From Chiloscyllium plagiosum (Eukaryota): a DNA stretch of 54,638 nucleotides. The stretch is from contig NC_057751.1 in assembly GCF_004010195.1 (NCBI RefSeq), positions 16,233,267-16,287,904 of the forward strand, given 5' to 3'. Numbering within the stretch: the stretch's first letter is position 1; every line of letters starts with the position of its first letter. Shown here in pieces: positions 1 through 12,680 of the stretch. A program made the translations under genes and the position numbers. The notes below the pieces were generated by a model that was not told the DNA's origin, searched no databases, and saw nothing but the letters and a program-made list of their open reading frames with translations.

Positions 1-118
1 TGTGTGTGTGTGTCTGTAGGTGTGTGTGTGTACGTGTCTGTGTGTGTGTGTATGTGAGTGTGTGTACGTGTCTGTATGTGTGCACGTGCGAGTGTGTGTG
101 AAAGTGTGTGAGTGTGTA
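1..118. repeat. Imperfect (TG)n microsatellite
   Basis: Direct inspection. Confidence 0.95.
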
Positions 119-129
119 CATCCTGATAA

Positions 130-272
130 TCATGATTTGGAGATGCCGATGTTGAACTGGGATGTACAAAATTGTGGAGTCCACCGGATGAAGGAGCGTC
201 GCTCCGAAAGCTAGTGCTTCCAAATAAACCTGTTGGACTATAACCTGGTGTTGGTGTGACTTTTAACTTTGA
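130..272. mobile_element. Penelope-like pLTR remnant (same family as 40200-40340)
   Basis: GATGAAGGAGCGTCGCTCCGAAAGCTAGTGCTTCCAAATAAACCTGTTGGAC nearly identical to 40219-40270; 130-170 is the inverted tail. Confidence 0.75.
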
Positions 273-3110
273 ACATCGTGGCAAAACTATTGCGAACCTT
301 TTCAAGTTGCACAACATCCTCCCTGTGGCAGGGCGACCAGAACTGCACGCAATATTCCAACAGCGGCCTAACCAATGTCCTGTACAGCCGCAACCTGACC
401 TCCCAACTCCTGTACTCAATACTCTGACCAATAAAGGAAAGCATACCAAACGCCGCCTTCACTATCCTATCTACCTGCGACTACTTGGGGAATGACAGGT
501 ACAAAGCTGGTCTGTACAACGTCAGTAATAGGAGCACTAAAGGCATGTCTTGGCTTAGTCGCAATCTAATGTCCAATGAGAACTGACTAAAATTCACATC
601 TTCGCTAGCGTTTCCGGTGGCAACCGCTCGAGCGACGCAGGGAGGAAGCTGGAAAGTGAAGGCAAAACAGAGCTCTGTCTGTGTGTTTGCTTTTATTTTA
701 ATTTAAAACTGCAATTCTGGCAAACTCCCAAGCACCCCCCCCCCCCCCCCCCCCCCCCCGCCCCACCGGGCTAAGTAACCAGGAATTTTACCCCATTGAT
801 GGACTGGACCGGGTGGAGCTGTTCTGGGAGCCGGGCTTGTCCGCGCCCGGGAGAGTTTGTTTCTGAAGGGGGGGGACGATAAAACAGCCCGACGCAGGAT
901 GGTTGTGGTTTGGGGTGGGGGGGTTGTGTGTGTGTAAAGTCCCTGGGCTTGAAATCACAGGGACAAGGGTTTGAACGTCACGACGGCAGACCGCGAAATG
1001 TTGCACGCGTTGGTCTGCACGTGGGCCCGATTTAGACCATACGACATAGGAGCGGAAGTCAGGCCGTTCAGCCCATCGAGTCCACTCCGCCATTCAATCA
1101 TGGGCTGATGGGCATTTCAACTCCACTTCCCCGCATTCTCCCCGTAGCCCTTAATTCCTTGTGACATCAAGAATTTATCAATCTCTGCCTTGGAGACATT
1201 TAGTGTCCCGGCCTCCACTGCACTCCGCGGCAATGAATTCCACAGGCCCACCACTCTCTGGCTGAAGAAATGTATCCACATTTCAGTTCTGAATTGACCC
1301 CCTCTAATTCTAAGGCTGTGTCCACGGGCCCTAGTCTCCTCGCCTAACGGAAACAATTTCCTAGCGTCCACCCTCTCCAAGACATGTATTATCTTGTAAT
1401 TTAATCGCTGCCTTATTCAGAGGCGTGTTGGCCGGACAATGAGGCGGGGTTTACGATGGTCGGAACGCCAAAGCCCGTCTTCCCCTTGAACGTCCCGAGG
1501 AAACTTCCAGATAAATAAACAGGAGGGGATGGGGTTCGGACTTATGCCTTGAAATTTGTGTCAGGAAACATTTGGCGCTTCACCGCTGAGCCCTTTGAGT
1601 GTCGGGGCGTCGTGTTGAGGCTGTACAGGATGTTGCCTTTTCGGAGCGCTGTGTCCAGTTGTGGTCCCCCCCCCCCCGCCGAGTTATAGAATTGAATCCC
1701 CCTACAGTGCAGAAGCAGGCCAATCGGCCTATCGAGTCCACACTGACCCTCCGAACGAGCATCCCACCCCAAACCCACCTCCCGATCCCACAGCCCCCTT
1801 GCCTATCCCTTGGCTCAGCTGCACGTCCCCTGGAGACCCGACATGGACACGGGGGAGAACGTGCCAAACCCCCCCCCCGCACAGGCAGTCACTCGAGGGT
1901 GCGATCAAACCCTGGCGCAGTGAGGTAGGTGGGCACCGTGACGCCCTGAATATAAGAGGGAGGTTATTCAGCTGAAGAGCTTGCAGCCGAGATTGACCGG
2001 GACGTTGCCGGGTATGGAAGGCTTGACGTTTAAAGAGATTTTTTTTTCGCTGGAGTGCAGGAGGTTGAGAGGCGACCTGATCGAGGTTCACAAAATCATG
2101 AGGTTGGGGGGCGGGGGCAGAGGTAGAGATAATGGCAGGGGTCTCTTCCCCTTGGGATGGGGGCTTTCAAGACCGGAGGGCATGTGTTAAAGGTGAGCGA
2201 GATTTTAAAAAGACACGAGGGGCAAACCGAGGGTGGTTGGTGTGTGGAATGAATTTCCTGAGGAAGCGGTGGACGTGGGGAGAGTTACAAGGTTCAAAAG
2301 ACATCTGGATAAGTCCATGATTAGGAAAGGTTTGGAGGGACATGGGCCGGGAGCAGGCAGGTGGGACTAGTTTAGTTTGGGATTAGGGTCAGCACGGACT
2401 GGCTGGGCCGAAGGGTCTGTTTCCCTGCTGTGTGACTCCACAGCTAAGATTGAAGCTGTTCTCTTGGATCTCAAAGTTTCTGCTTTTCTCAAAATCTAAC
2501 TTATTTTCCTCACAATCTACCTGCTCAGAGATGCTATTACACACCTCTGAAGCAGTTGAGACATGAACCCGGGCTCCTGGTCCAGGGCTGGGGGCACTAG
2601 CGCTGTGCCACGGGAGGGCACTTCAGTGTCTTGTTTTGTTGATCTAATTTTCGAATCGACCTCATGTTAGGTTCCCCGCTCGCACACCAAATGGCAAGTT
2701 GCTGGAAAAGCGCAAGATGCTGGACCGGCAGCATCCGCGGACAGAAATGATCTGGAGCAAGGTGTAGGTGGTCCGATGAGCAGGTATGCAGGTGACACGA
2801 AGGTTGGTGGGGTGGCAGGTACTGAGAGGGGACTGTCCGAGAATACAGCAGAATGTAGATAGATTGGAGAGTTGGGCGAGAAATGGCAGATGGAAACCAT
2901 TCCGGGCAAATGTGAGGTGATGCATTTTGGGAAGATCCAATTCTAGAGCGAACTGTATGGTAAATGGAAAAGCCCTGGGGAAAATTGATGTGCAGCTGGG
3001 TGTTCAGGTCCATTACACCCTGAAGGTGGCAAAGCAGGTCAATAGAGTGGTCAAGAAGGCATAATATGGCCTGCTTTCCTTCATCGGACGGGCGATTGAG
3101 TACAAGAGTA
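271..3110. mobile_element. Cluster of CR1-like LINE and SINE fragments (271-480 -, 1030-1400 -, 1690-1930 -, 1960-2435 +, 2760-3110 +)
   Basis: CR1 ORF2 C-terminal motifs in the ORF track; not one contiguous element. Confidence 0.75.
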
Positions 3111-3173
3111 CTCTATGCTACCTTCTCCCCAGCCCCGCCCCCCCCCTCCTATTTATCTCTCCACCCTGGTTTC

Positions 3174-3208
3174 ATTCCTGATGAAGGGCTTTTGCCCGAA
3201 ACGTCAAT
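3174..3208 (+). ncRNA. Minimal hammerhead ribozyme motif (second PLE family)
   Basis: CTGATGA-A-GGGC-tttt-GCCC-GAAA-C-GTC with a GUC triplet; stem I weak. Confidence 0.5.
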
Positions 3209-3511
3209 CGCCCTGCTCCTCGGATACTGCCAGACTATTCAGTAACAGCAGGTTTGACGTAATAATATCAGAGAATTGAGTAAGTCCACATAATTTGAGT
3301 TTCTCTCCCACACGAAGGGTGTTACAAAAGACAGTCTTGGATATTGCAAATTTTCCCAATTGAGCCAATCCTAGCAGCCGGACTGTCTCAAAACAGTTTC
3401 ACTGAAACTCTGATCCGTCGTTCCACCCAAAAACATTGCGACACTGTCTCATGAACACCTATTCAATATAAAGTGAATGGCTTACTGCATGGCTGTCTGG
3501 CCTAGTCCAAT

Positions 3512-3913
3512 TCCCAGCATGCTGTCCGGTTGGCCAGAAATCCCAGCATGCTGTCCGGTTGGCCAGAAATCCCAGCATGCTGTCCAGTTTACCAGAACTC
3601 CCAGCATGCTGTCCGGTTAGCCAGAAATCCCAGCATGCTGACCAGTTGACCAGAAATCCCAGCATGCTGTCCGGTTGGCCAGAAATCCCAGCATGCTGTC
3701 CAGTTGACCAGCATTCCCAGCATGCTGTCCAGTTGACCAGAACTCCCAGCATGCTGTTCGGTTGGCCAGAACTCCCAGCATGCTGTCCAGTTGACCAGAA
3801 CTCCCAGCATGCTGTCCAGCTGACCAGCATTCCCAGCATGCTGTTCGGTTGGCCAGAACTCCCAGCATGCTGTCCAGTTGACCAGAACTCCCAGCATGCT
3901 GTTCAGTTGGCCA
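3512..3913. repeat. 29-bp minisatellite (CCCAGCATGCTGTCCAGTTGACCAGAACT)
   Basis: ~14 tandem units, each with the palindrome CAGCATGCTG. Confidence 0.95.
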
Positions 3914-4071
3914 ATGTTCCTTTTCGTGTCTCAAAAGAAATCTTATTTTATTGAGAAGGAACATTTCACTTCCTACAATTAGATTTTTTTTTTAGAAATG
4001 AAGGCAATTAAAAAGTTAGGCCCGATGACAACTCATCATTGCTAAAAACCCATCGAACGGCCCTTTAGGGA

Positions 4072-4862
4072 GTGGTTCGGTGGTTAGCACCGTTGCCTCA
4101 CAGCACCTCGGACATGAGTTCAATTCCCGCCTCAGACGACTCTCCGTGCGGAGTTTGCAGGTCCTCCCCCAAGTGTCTGCGTGGGTTTCCTCTCCCAGTC
4201 CAAAGAACTGCGGGTGGATCGACCATGCCGTAGTGTCCAGGGTGTGCAGGCTGGGTGGATTAGCCATGGGAAACGCCAGGTTACAAAGGTAGATTAGATT
4301 AGTTTCCCCAGAGTGTGGAAACAGGCCCTTCAGCCCAACAAGTCCACACTGACCCTCCGAACAGTAACCCACTCAGACCCATTCCCCCTACACTACATTT
4401 ACTAATGGACCTAACCTACACATCCCTGAACACTATGGGCGATTTAACTCGGCCAATCCACCCTAACCTGCACATCCCTGAGCACTATGGGTAATTTAGC
4501 ATGGCCAATCCACCCTACGCTGCACATCCCTGAGCACTATGGGTAATTTAGCACGGCCAATCCACGCTAACCTTCACATCCCTGAGCACTATGGGTAATT
4601 TAGCATGGCCAAACCACCCTAACTTGCACATCTCTGAACACTATGAGTAATTTACCATGGCCAATCCACTATAACCTGCACATCCGTGGGCACTATGGGT
4701 AATTTACCCTAACCTGCACATCCCTGAGCACTATGGTTAATTTAGCGTGGCCAATCCACCCTAACCTGCACATCCCTGAGCACTATGGGTAATTTAGTGT
4801 GGCCAATCCACCCTAACCTGCACATCCCTGAGCACTATGGGTAATTTAGCATGGCCAATCCA
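4072..4862. mobile_element. Two opposed HE1-like SINE pieces; the minus-strand copy has a 52-bp array running into a gap
   Basis: Degenerate head 4072-4290 (+); tail and units 4293-4862 (-). Confidence 0.8.
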
Positions 4863-6049
4863 NNNNNNNNNNNNNNNNNNNNNNNNNNNNNNNNNNNNNN
4901 NNNNNNNNNNNNNNNNNNNNNNNNNNNNNNNNNNNNNNNNNNNNNNNNNNNNNNNNNNNNNNNNNNNNNNNNNNNNNNNNNNNNNNNNNNNNNNNNNNNN
5001 NNNNNNNNNNNNNNNNNNNNNNNNNNNNNNNNNGGATGGGTATATGAATAGGAAGGGTTTGGAGGGATATGGGCCGGGTGCTGGCAGGTGGGACTAGATT
5101 GGGTTGGGATATCTGGTCAGCATGGACGGGTTGGACTGAAGGGTCTGTTTCCGTGCTGTACATCTCCATGACTCTATAGCCTTTGATACTAAATAATAAT
5201 TTTGCTCATCCTATTTGGCCCCAGAATCTTACTATTCCTCCTGAGTCTCTTGTAGATTGATGCAGTCCCCCTCCCTCAGTGGTGGAACTGTGAAACTCCT
5301 CTCTCTCTCTCTCTCTCTCCAGATTAGATTCCCTTCAGTGTGGAAACAGGCTCTTTGGCCCAACCAGTCCACACATTGGCCAAGGTGGTCTCCTCAGAAG
5401 ATCCAAGAGAGATTGGCCTGCACATGGTCCTTGTGTTTATCCCTTTCTGGGTGGTTTTTCTGGAACGATCTATCATTCCGGCCCTTCAGGGCCAATCACA
5501 CTTAAATGGTTTGGGACATTGTCAAGTCGCTTGGACGACTTGCTGCAGTTAGTTGCTTTGCGTGCGGGTTCTGTGGCTTCAGAGTTTGCCAATGTACCCA
5601 GCATCCCTTGCAGTTTGGCCATGTCAGCTCGCCGCCTGGGTTTCAGCCGCCAGTGAACAAACCAAACCCCCAGAAAGTGCCGGAGAAACTCAGGCAGCGT
5701 TCCGTGGAGAGGAGGCAAAGGTTAACGGGTCGGTGACCTTTGTGCTGATGGACTCTGTCGCTGTTTCCGTCTGTGCGGGGCTTTTCTGAGCTGGTGGGCC
5801 CTGTGACGCGTCGTCAGCCTCTTGAGAACGTGTAGCAGACCACAAGTCACACCCACAGCTCTCCCCACCCCCAAGAACTGTGGGTGGGCGGATTACATCG
5901 GGGAGTGGCAGACTGACGGCTCTCTGGGGTCGGCACTGGGTGGGACACCAGGGCCTATGGTGATCAGGCCGACCGGGAAGAGATTGAGTAGGGAATCCTA
6001 CTGAGGGTTGAGTCATTGCCATTGATGCAAATCAGGGGTGCAGCAGGAG

Positions 6050-7350
6050 AACAGTCATCGAGTTATCCAGGTGGACAGAAACACACCTTCCAGTCCAACC
6101 AGTCCCTGCTGACCCTAGTCCCAAACTAAACTAGTCTCGCCTAACAGCTCCTGGCCCATATCCCTCCAAACCTTTCCTATCCATGGACTTACCCAAATGT
6201 CTTTTAAACTGTAGCCACCCCGTCCTCTGGAAGTTCATTCTACACACAAACCACCCTCAGTGTAAACAAATTTCCTCATGTGTCTTTTATTAAATCTCTC
6301 TCACCTTCAAAACAGGCCTCCCTCTGGTCTTGAAATTCTCCCACCCTAGGGAGAAGACACCTTATCTACACCTGTCATGATCTTAGAAACTTCTAGAAGG
6401 CTTCTCCTCAGCCTGGCACGCTCCAGCGGGAAAAGTCCCAGCCTATCCAGCCTCTCCGTCTGACTCGAACTTTCCATTCCTGGTAAATCTCTTCCGAACC
6501 CTCTCCAGTTTCATAATATCCTTCCTGTAGCAGGGTGACCAGACCTGGGCGCAGACGAGGCCTCACCAATGTCCTGTACAACCCCAACTCCTGTACTCAA
6601 AGGTCTGAGTAATGAAGGCAAGCCTGCTAAACACCGACTTTGGACAATAAATAACTTTGAAGAGGCCTAGAACATTACGATTCCTGCTTTACACATCTTT
6701 ATGGAGCTTTACAGAACATTAGTTAGGCCACAATTTGATTATAAAGAGAACAGAGGATTAGACAGGGTGGACAGAGAGAGCCTTTTCCCTCGGATGGCGA
6801 TGGCTAGCACGGGGGGACATAGCTTTAAGTTGAGGGGGTGATAGATATAGGGTCAGAGGTAGTGTCTTTACTCAGAGAGTAGTAGGGGGCGTGGAACATC
6901 CTGCCTGTAACACGCACCAACTTTAAGGGCATTGAACTGGCCATTGGAGAGGGACATGGAGGAGAATGGAATGGTGTAGGTTAGATGGGCTTCAGATTGG
7001 TTCCACAGGTCGGTGCAACATCGAGGGGCTGAAGGGCCTGTACTGCGCTGGAACATTTTATTAACTACAGTTCCGTTCACCATGCTACCAGAAGGAAGTG
7101 GATGCCTTGGAGAGGATACAGAAAAGGTTTACCAGGACGTTGCCCGGAATGGGGGATCTTAGCGATGGAGAGAAGTCAGATAGACCGGGTTTGTTTTCAC
7201 TGGAACGCAGGAGGTCGAGGGGTGACCTGACAGAAGTTTACAAGATTGTGAATGACGTGGACAGAGTGGAAAATATGAGTGGGCACAGGGGTCAGTTGAA
7301 AGGTAATCTTTTCACACGGAGGGTGGTGAGCGACTGGAACATGCTGCCAG
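6050..7350. mobile_element. Cluster of degenerate CR1-like LINE fragments
   Basis: - strand 6050-6630; + strand 6750-7350 (LERIQKRFTRTLPG...GDLTEVYK). Confidence 0.8.
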
Positions 7351-7507
7351 AGGACAGCAGACTGACTACGTCAGAGTATGAAATATGTCAGAATGCATCA
7401 CCAAAACATTTGCTGTTCTCCCCATCATTGAGGGTTGAGTTGTACTGTCACCAGTACAACTCCCTCTCTCACACAGCCCCAGGCACGCACATAACTTGAA
7501 CTGTGCT

Positions 7508-8473
7508 CAAATCAGGACAGCGGCAAGAGTGCCAAATTCCAAATCAGGACACCAGCAAGAGTGTCAAATTCCAAATCAGGACACCGGCAAGAGTGACAAA
7601 TTCCAAATCAGGACATCGGCAAGAGTGACAAATTCCAAATCAGGACCAGGACATCGGCAAGAGTGACAAATTCCAAATCAGGACAGCGGCAAGAGTGACA
7701 AATTCCAAATCAGGACAGCGGCAAGAGTGCCAAATTTCAAATCAGGACAGCCGCAAGAGTGACAAATTCCAAATCAGGACACCGGCAAGAGTGCCAAATT
7801 CCAAATCAGGATACCGGCAAGAGTGCCAAATTTCAAATCAGGACAGCCGCAAGAGTGACAAATTCCAAATCAGGACAGCGGCAAGAGTGCCAAATTTCAA
7901 ATCAGGACAGCAGCAAGAGTGCCAAATTCCAAATCAGGACAGCAGCAAGAGTGACAAATTCCAAATCAGGACATCAGCAAGAGTGACAAATTCCAAATCA
8001 GGACAGTGGCAAGAGTGACAAATTCCAAATCAGGACAGCGGCAAGAGTGCCAAATTTCAAATCAGGACAGCCGCAAGAGTGACAAATTCCAAATCAGGAC
8101 ACCGGCAAGAGTGCCAAATTCCAAATCAGGATACTGGCAAGAGTGACAAATTCCAAATCAGGACAGCGGCAAGAGTGACAAATTCCAAATCAGGACAGCG
8201 GCAAGAGTGCCAAATTCCAAATCAGGATACCGGCAAGAGTGACAAATTCAAATCAGGACAGCGGCAAGAGTGCCAAACTCCAAATCATGGCAGTGGCAAG
8301 AGTGACAAATTCAAAATCAGGACAGCGGCAAGAGTGCCAAATTCCAAATCAGGACAGCAGCAAGAGTGACAAATTCCAAATCAGGACAGCGGCAAGAGTG
8401 ACAAATTCAAAATCAGGACAGTGGCAAGAGTGCCAAATTCCAAATCAGGACACCGGCAAGAGTGCCAAATTCC
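7508..8473. repeat. 32-bp minisatellite (AAATCAGGACAGCGGCAAGAGTGACAAATTCC)
   Basis: ~30 tandem units. Confidence 0.95.
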
Positions 8474-8509
8474 GAAGCAATCATATCACAGGAGATAAAA
8501 AGAAACATA

Positions 8510-9010
8510 GGTCGCAGGGCCATACAACACGGAAACAGACCCTTCGGTCCAACTCGTCCATGCCAACCAAATATCGTAACCGAAGCCATTTGCCAGTACT
8601 TGGCCCATATCCCTCTAAACCCTTCCTAGTCATATACCCATCCAGATGCCTTTTAAATGCTGTAATTGTACCAGCCTCCACCACTTCCTCTGGCAGTCCG
8701 TTCTACACCCGCACCACCCTCTGTGTGAAAAACGTTGCCCCTCGGGTCCCTTTTCAATCTTTCCCCTCTCACTTTAAAATTATTTGAACCCCTCTACCCC
8801 GGGGAAAAGAACATTGACATTCATCTTACCGGTGCCCCTCATGATGTTGTAAACCTCTATAAGGTCACCCCTCAGCCTCCAGTGAAATATGTCCCAGCCT
8901 ATCCTTATAACTCAAACCCTCTAATCTCGGTACATCCTGGTAAAGCTGGCCTGCACCCTTTTCCAGTTTAATAACATCCTTCCTTTAGCAGGGTAGCCAG
9001 AAGTGAATGC
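8510..9010 (-). mobile_element. CR1/HER1-like LINE 3' fragment
   Basis: VEAGTITAFKRHLDGYM motif and 3'UTR. Confidence 0.85.
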
Positions 9011-9057
9011 AGCATTTGGATTTGTATCATATCTACGAATGCTATGTAGATATTACG

Positions 9058-9470
9058 TACACACACATGGACGCATGCATGCACACACAGAGACACTCGC
9101 ACACACACACACATGCTCAGACACGCATGCACACACACACGCACGCGCACACACACGTGCACACACACATGCACGTGCACACACACACATGCACATGCAC
9201 ACACAGACACGCATGCACACACACACAGATGCACACACACACACACACACACATGCACATGCACACGCGCACACACAGACACGCATGCACACACGCAAGC
9301 ACACACAGGCACACATGCACACACACACTTACACACGGCCACACACACGCATGCACACACACATGCGCACACGCACAGACACACACGCATGCAGACACAC
9401 ACGCATGCACGCACACACACATGCACGTGCGCACGTGCACACACACTCATATACATAAACGCACACACAC
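9058..9470. repeat. Compound (CA)n/(CG)/(TG) alternating purine-pyrimidine tract
   Basis: Direct inspection. Confidence 0.95.
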
Positions 9471-10216
9471 ATTATTGCTTCATTCAACATTTCACAGATT
9501 TTGAAAATAACTCACAAACTCTACCTGTGTTAGAGAGCCCGCTCAGTGGGCTATTCCAAAATGTCACTCTTATGTACTTTAGTCTTGGCACCCGTTACAA
9601 CGAGTGAGGTGGGGGGGTGCTCACTCAGAGCTGACAGGTTCATTGGCCGCACACAAATCATCTAGCTAACGTCAGATGCGGTCGGATGACTTGAGAGTAT
9701 ACCTCTCCCTCATGTTTTAAAAGCTGCTGCACATCTGCCATTCTTTGTCTGGAAATGTCAGAGAGCTATATTTCAGACAGCAGAGGAGCCGCATTATTGA
9801 CAGAGACTCCTGACTGGAAGCGTGTGACACCTATTGTCACTATACTCCGTTCGGACTAGTAGATTATAGAAATACATTCGAGTTTTTTTGCCGGGTTGTT
9901 GAGCGGTCGACAGGAGAGAATCTCATGTTGTCAGACTTTTACTGTAACAAAAAAGCACTGACGACTATCGACTAAACACTATTTGTACGCAACTTAGGCT
10001 CGGAAGAAGGCTGGGCATGAAGTATATTCAAGGCTAGGACAGACATATTTTTAATCAGCGAGGGGAATCAAGAGTTAGGTGGGAAAGTGGGAGTTGAGGC
10101 TAATCAGATCAGCCATTGACTCTAAATTCAGTTTTGTTCTTTCTCAAGAGTTGGGAACTTTTGATCTCAGAACTGTTTCTCGCAGGAAGGTATATTTTTC
10201 ATCCCTCTGGGGTTCT

Positions 10217-10560
10217 TTAGATTAGATTAGATTACTTTACAGTGTGGAAACAGGCCCTTCGGCCCAACAAGTCCACACCGACCCTCCGAAGAGTAACCCA
10301 CCCAGACCCATTCCTCTTACCCTATACTTTTACCCCTGACTAATGCACCTAACATGTTGAGCAATTTAGCGGGGGCTCTATGACTCTAATTAACCCACAC
10401 ATCTTTCGGACTGTGGGAGGAAACCGGAGCACCCGGAGGAAACCCACACAGACATAGTGGGGAGAATGTGCAAACGCTACACAGACGGTCGCCTGAGGCG
10501 GGAATCGAACCCGGGTCCTGTGAGGCAGCAGTGCTAACCACTGAGCCACCATGCCACCCC
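10217..10560 (-). mobile_element. HE1-like SINE
   Basis: Reverse complement of the 42634 element, with (AGATT)n tail. Confidence 0.88.
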
Positions 10561-12289
10561 CTCGATCCTGGTGACATACCCTTTTCTGAGAGCTGTCAGG
10601 AGTATTTTAATCCTTTCTCCTCCCAGATCAATGACAATGTGAATCACATGGGCCACGTATTCAGGGAGGAGTAGCTGATGAACTGCACGTGTGGCTGCAA
10701 CTCTCCTAGGCAGTGTCACCCAAACAGGTTTATTACCAAACAGTTGCCAAAGCTAGACGGCAACTCAACTCCCCAGGAACGGAGTCTGGTTGCTATTTGT
10801 TTGAATATGCTGTTGTTTCTTTTGCCTCTTTGCAGAGGGTTGTGGGAGACCTCCTGCAGGAATTAGTATTTCAGAATGCTAGTATTTTCCGGTTCCACCA
10901 TAACTAGGGCAGGCCAATGGAATGCTGGCCTTTACCTCCAAGGGAATGGAGTGTAAAAGTGGGCAGTTTCGGCTCAAACTGGACAAGGCACAGCCGAAAT
11001 ACGGTTCCAGGGGCCCCGTATCCAAGCAGAGATAGACCGGCCATCGGAGGCATTCGGAGAAGGTTCACTTGGCAGCTCCCCGGGGTGGAGGGACCGTCTC
11101 ATGAGGAGAGGGGTTGAGTAGGTTGGCACCTGTCCTCGTTGGATTGAGTGATGACCCTGTTGAAACGCACAAACTTCCTCCTGGGTTTGACGGGGGTTGG
11201 GAGGGGGTGGGGGAGATGTGGAGAGGTTGTTTCCCCCCCCTCCCCCCACCTTGTGGGAGAGTCCGGGACCAGAGGGTGCCATGTCAGGGTCAGGGGTCGC
11301 TCAGGGATGTGGAGGGATACCTTCTCTCTGGGGGGGAGTGAACGGGCGGAACTCTTTTGCGCCAGAGGATGGATAATTAAGTGCGTTAGAGGTGAGGTTT
11401 CAAATCAGGAAGGGGAGTCAAGGGATTACGGGGGGTGGAGAAGCTGGGAGAGTAGGAGTGTGGGGATGCTCGGCTCGATGGGCTGAAGGGCCTACTCTGT
11501 TTTATAATCTCATTGAAGGTCCACTCGTGCAGAAGAAAAACTATTTCATGCAAGGCCAGGGGATCTACAGACGGTGGAGAATCTGCCCACCACACACCGC
11601 GGGCCTTCTCTGTGACCGGTAACCGAGTGCAGGTAAGAGGCTGCTGGGAGAATTCCTGCCAAAAAGGCGTGCGGAGAGAATCCAGGCGGACTTGGCGGAT
11701 GGAGAGCCGCACGGATCTGCCCTGGGCGTTCCAGAACCTCCCTCCCCGCGTTTCCTGTCAAGGGGGTGGTGGGGTGACTCTGTATGCCCGCGCGCGTGAT
11801 CTTCCCACGGTGACACCATCGCTCCGGCTGCCGAGAAGCAGGAAGGCGGTGGCTTTGGGTCGTAGCGAGAGGCGTCCCGGGTTCCTGGCAGCTGCCAACG
11901 GCTCAGAACGCTCCCCATCGCTCGGTCTGCCAGCGTTGTGGAAACCCCCCAATTTTTTTTTTGTGTCTTCCTGCGCTGGCTTCAATATTTGTTGTGGTGC
12001 TCGGTGCGGAGATAGCATTGGGAGAGGGCCAACAGTTAAAACACACCGAGAAGCGTGGGAGGGGTGGGGAAGGAGGGGGAAAGAGAGGGAGAAAGGCCCT
12101 TTCTACAGGGCCTCCCTCAGGATGAGGGGGGGGGATTTCTTTTCTCAGAAGGGTGAGGGTCTTTGGAACTGACTGAGAGCCGTGGCTGGGGTTGGGGGGT
12201 GAGGGGAAAGCAGAGGCCCCGTGACTATTTCAGGCTAAGATCGATCCCATTCTCGATTGGCAAGGGGGACCCAAGCGGATTGCTAATTC

Positions 12290-12595
12290 CCAAAAAAAAA
12301 AATCCCCACGTAATGTCCCCGGGGAGACGGGTTCGAATCCCACCGCGGAAGTTCGATTCAATAAACCGATCGGGAGGTCAAGCAGCTAATGAGGACCCTG
12401 ACTCAATTGTCTGGGGGGGGGTGGGGAGGGAGGAGAGGGGGAGGGTATCTCCCAATCTGGGTTCACGAACGTCCTTTAGCCTTACCGGGACTACACGTGA
12501 CTCCAGTCCTGCAGCGTCGTGGCTCGACTTCCCCCTCTGGGCAATTCGTGAACCCCAGTCGGTGACCCCCTCATCCCGTGAACGAGCGAGGGGAA
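12290..12595 (+). mobile_element. Degenerate tRNA-derived SINE of a second family (related piece at ~51170-51260)
   Basis: B box GGTTCGAATCC; motif ACACGTGACTCCAG shared with 51204-51217. Confidence 0.5.
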
Positions 12596-12680
12596 GAATG
12601 AGCAGGAATCGAGGGGTAGGGAAGCAGGGGGGAGAGGGCCGTTGGTCCCACTGACTTGCTGGAGCTGGCTTGATGGGCTG

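Noticed and set aside
5473..5830. Protein-like minus-strand ORFs in unique DNA (possible terminal exon)
   Set aside because: No recognisable homology, weak acceptor and no partner exons; would need RNA-seq or tBLASTx support.
8968..9607. His/Thr- and Cys/Val-rich ORFs
   Set aside because: They are translations of the (CA)n microsatellite.
11513..12172. 219-aa ORF and strong donor CAG/GTAAGA at ~11634 in a CpG-rich patch
   Set aside because: No recognisable protein or linked exons; GC-rich DNA yields chance ORFs.
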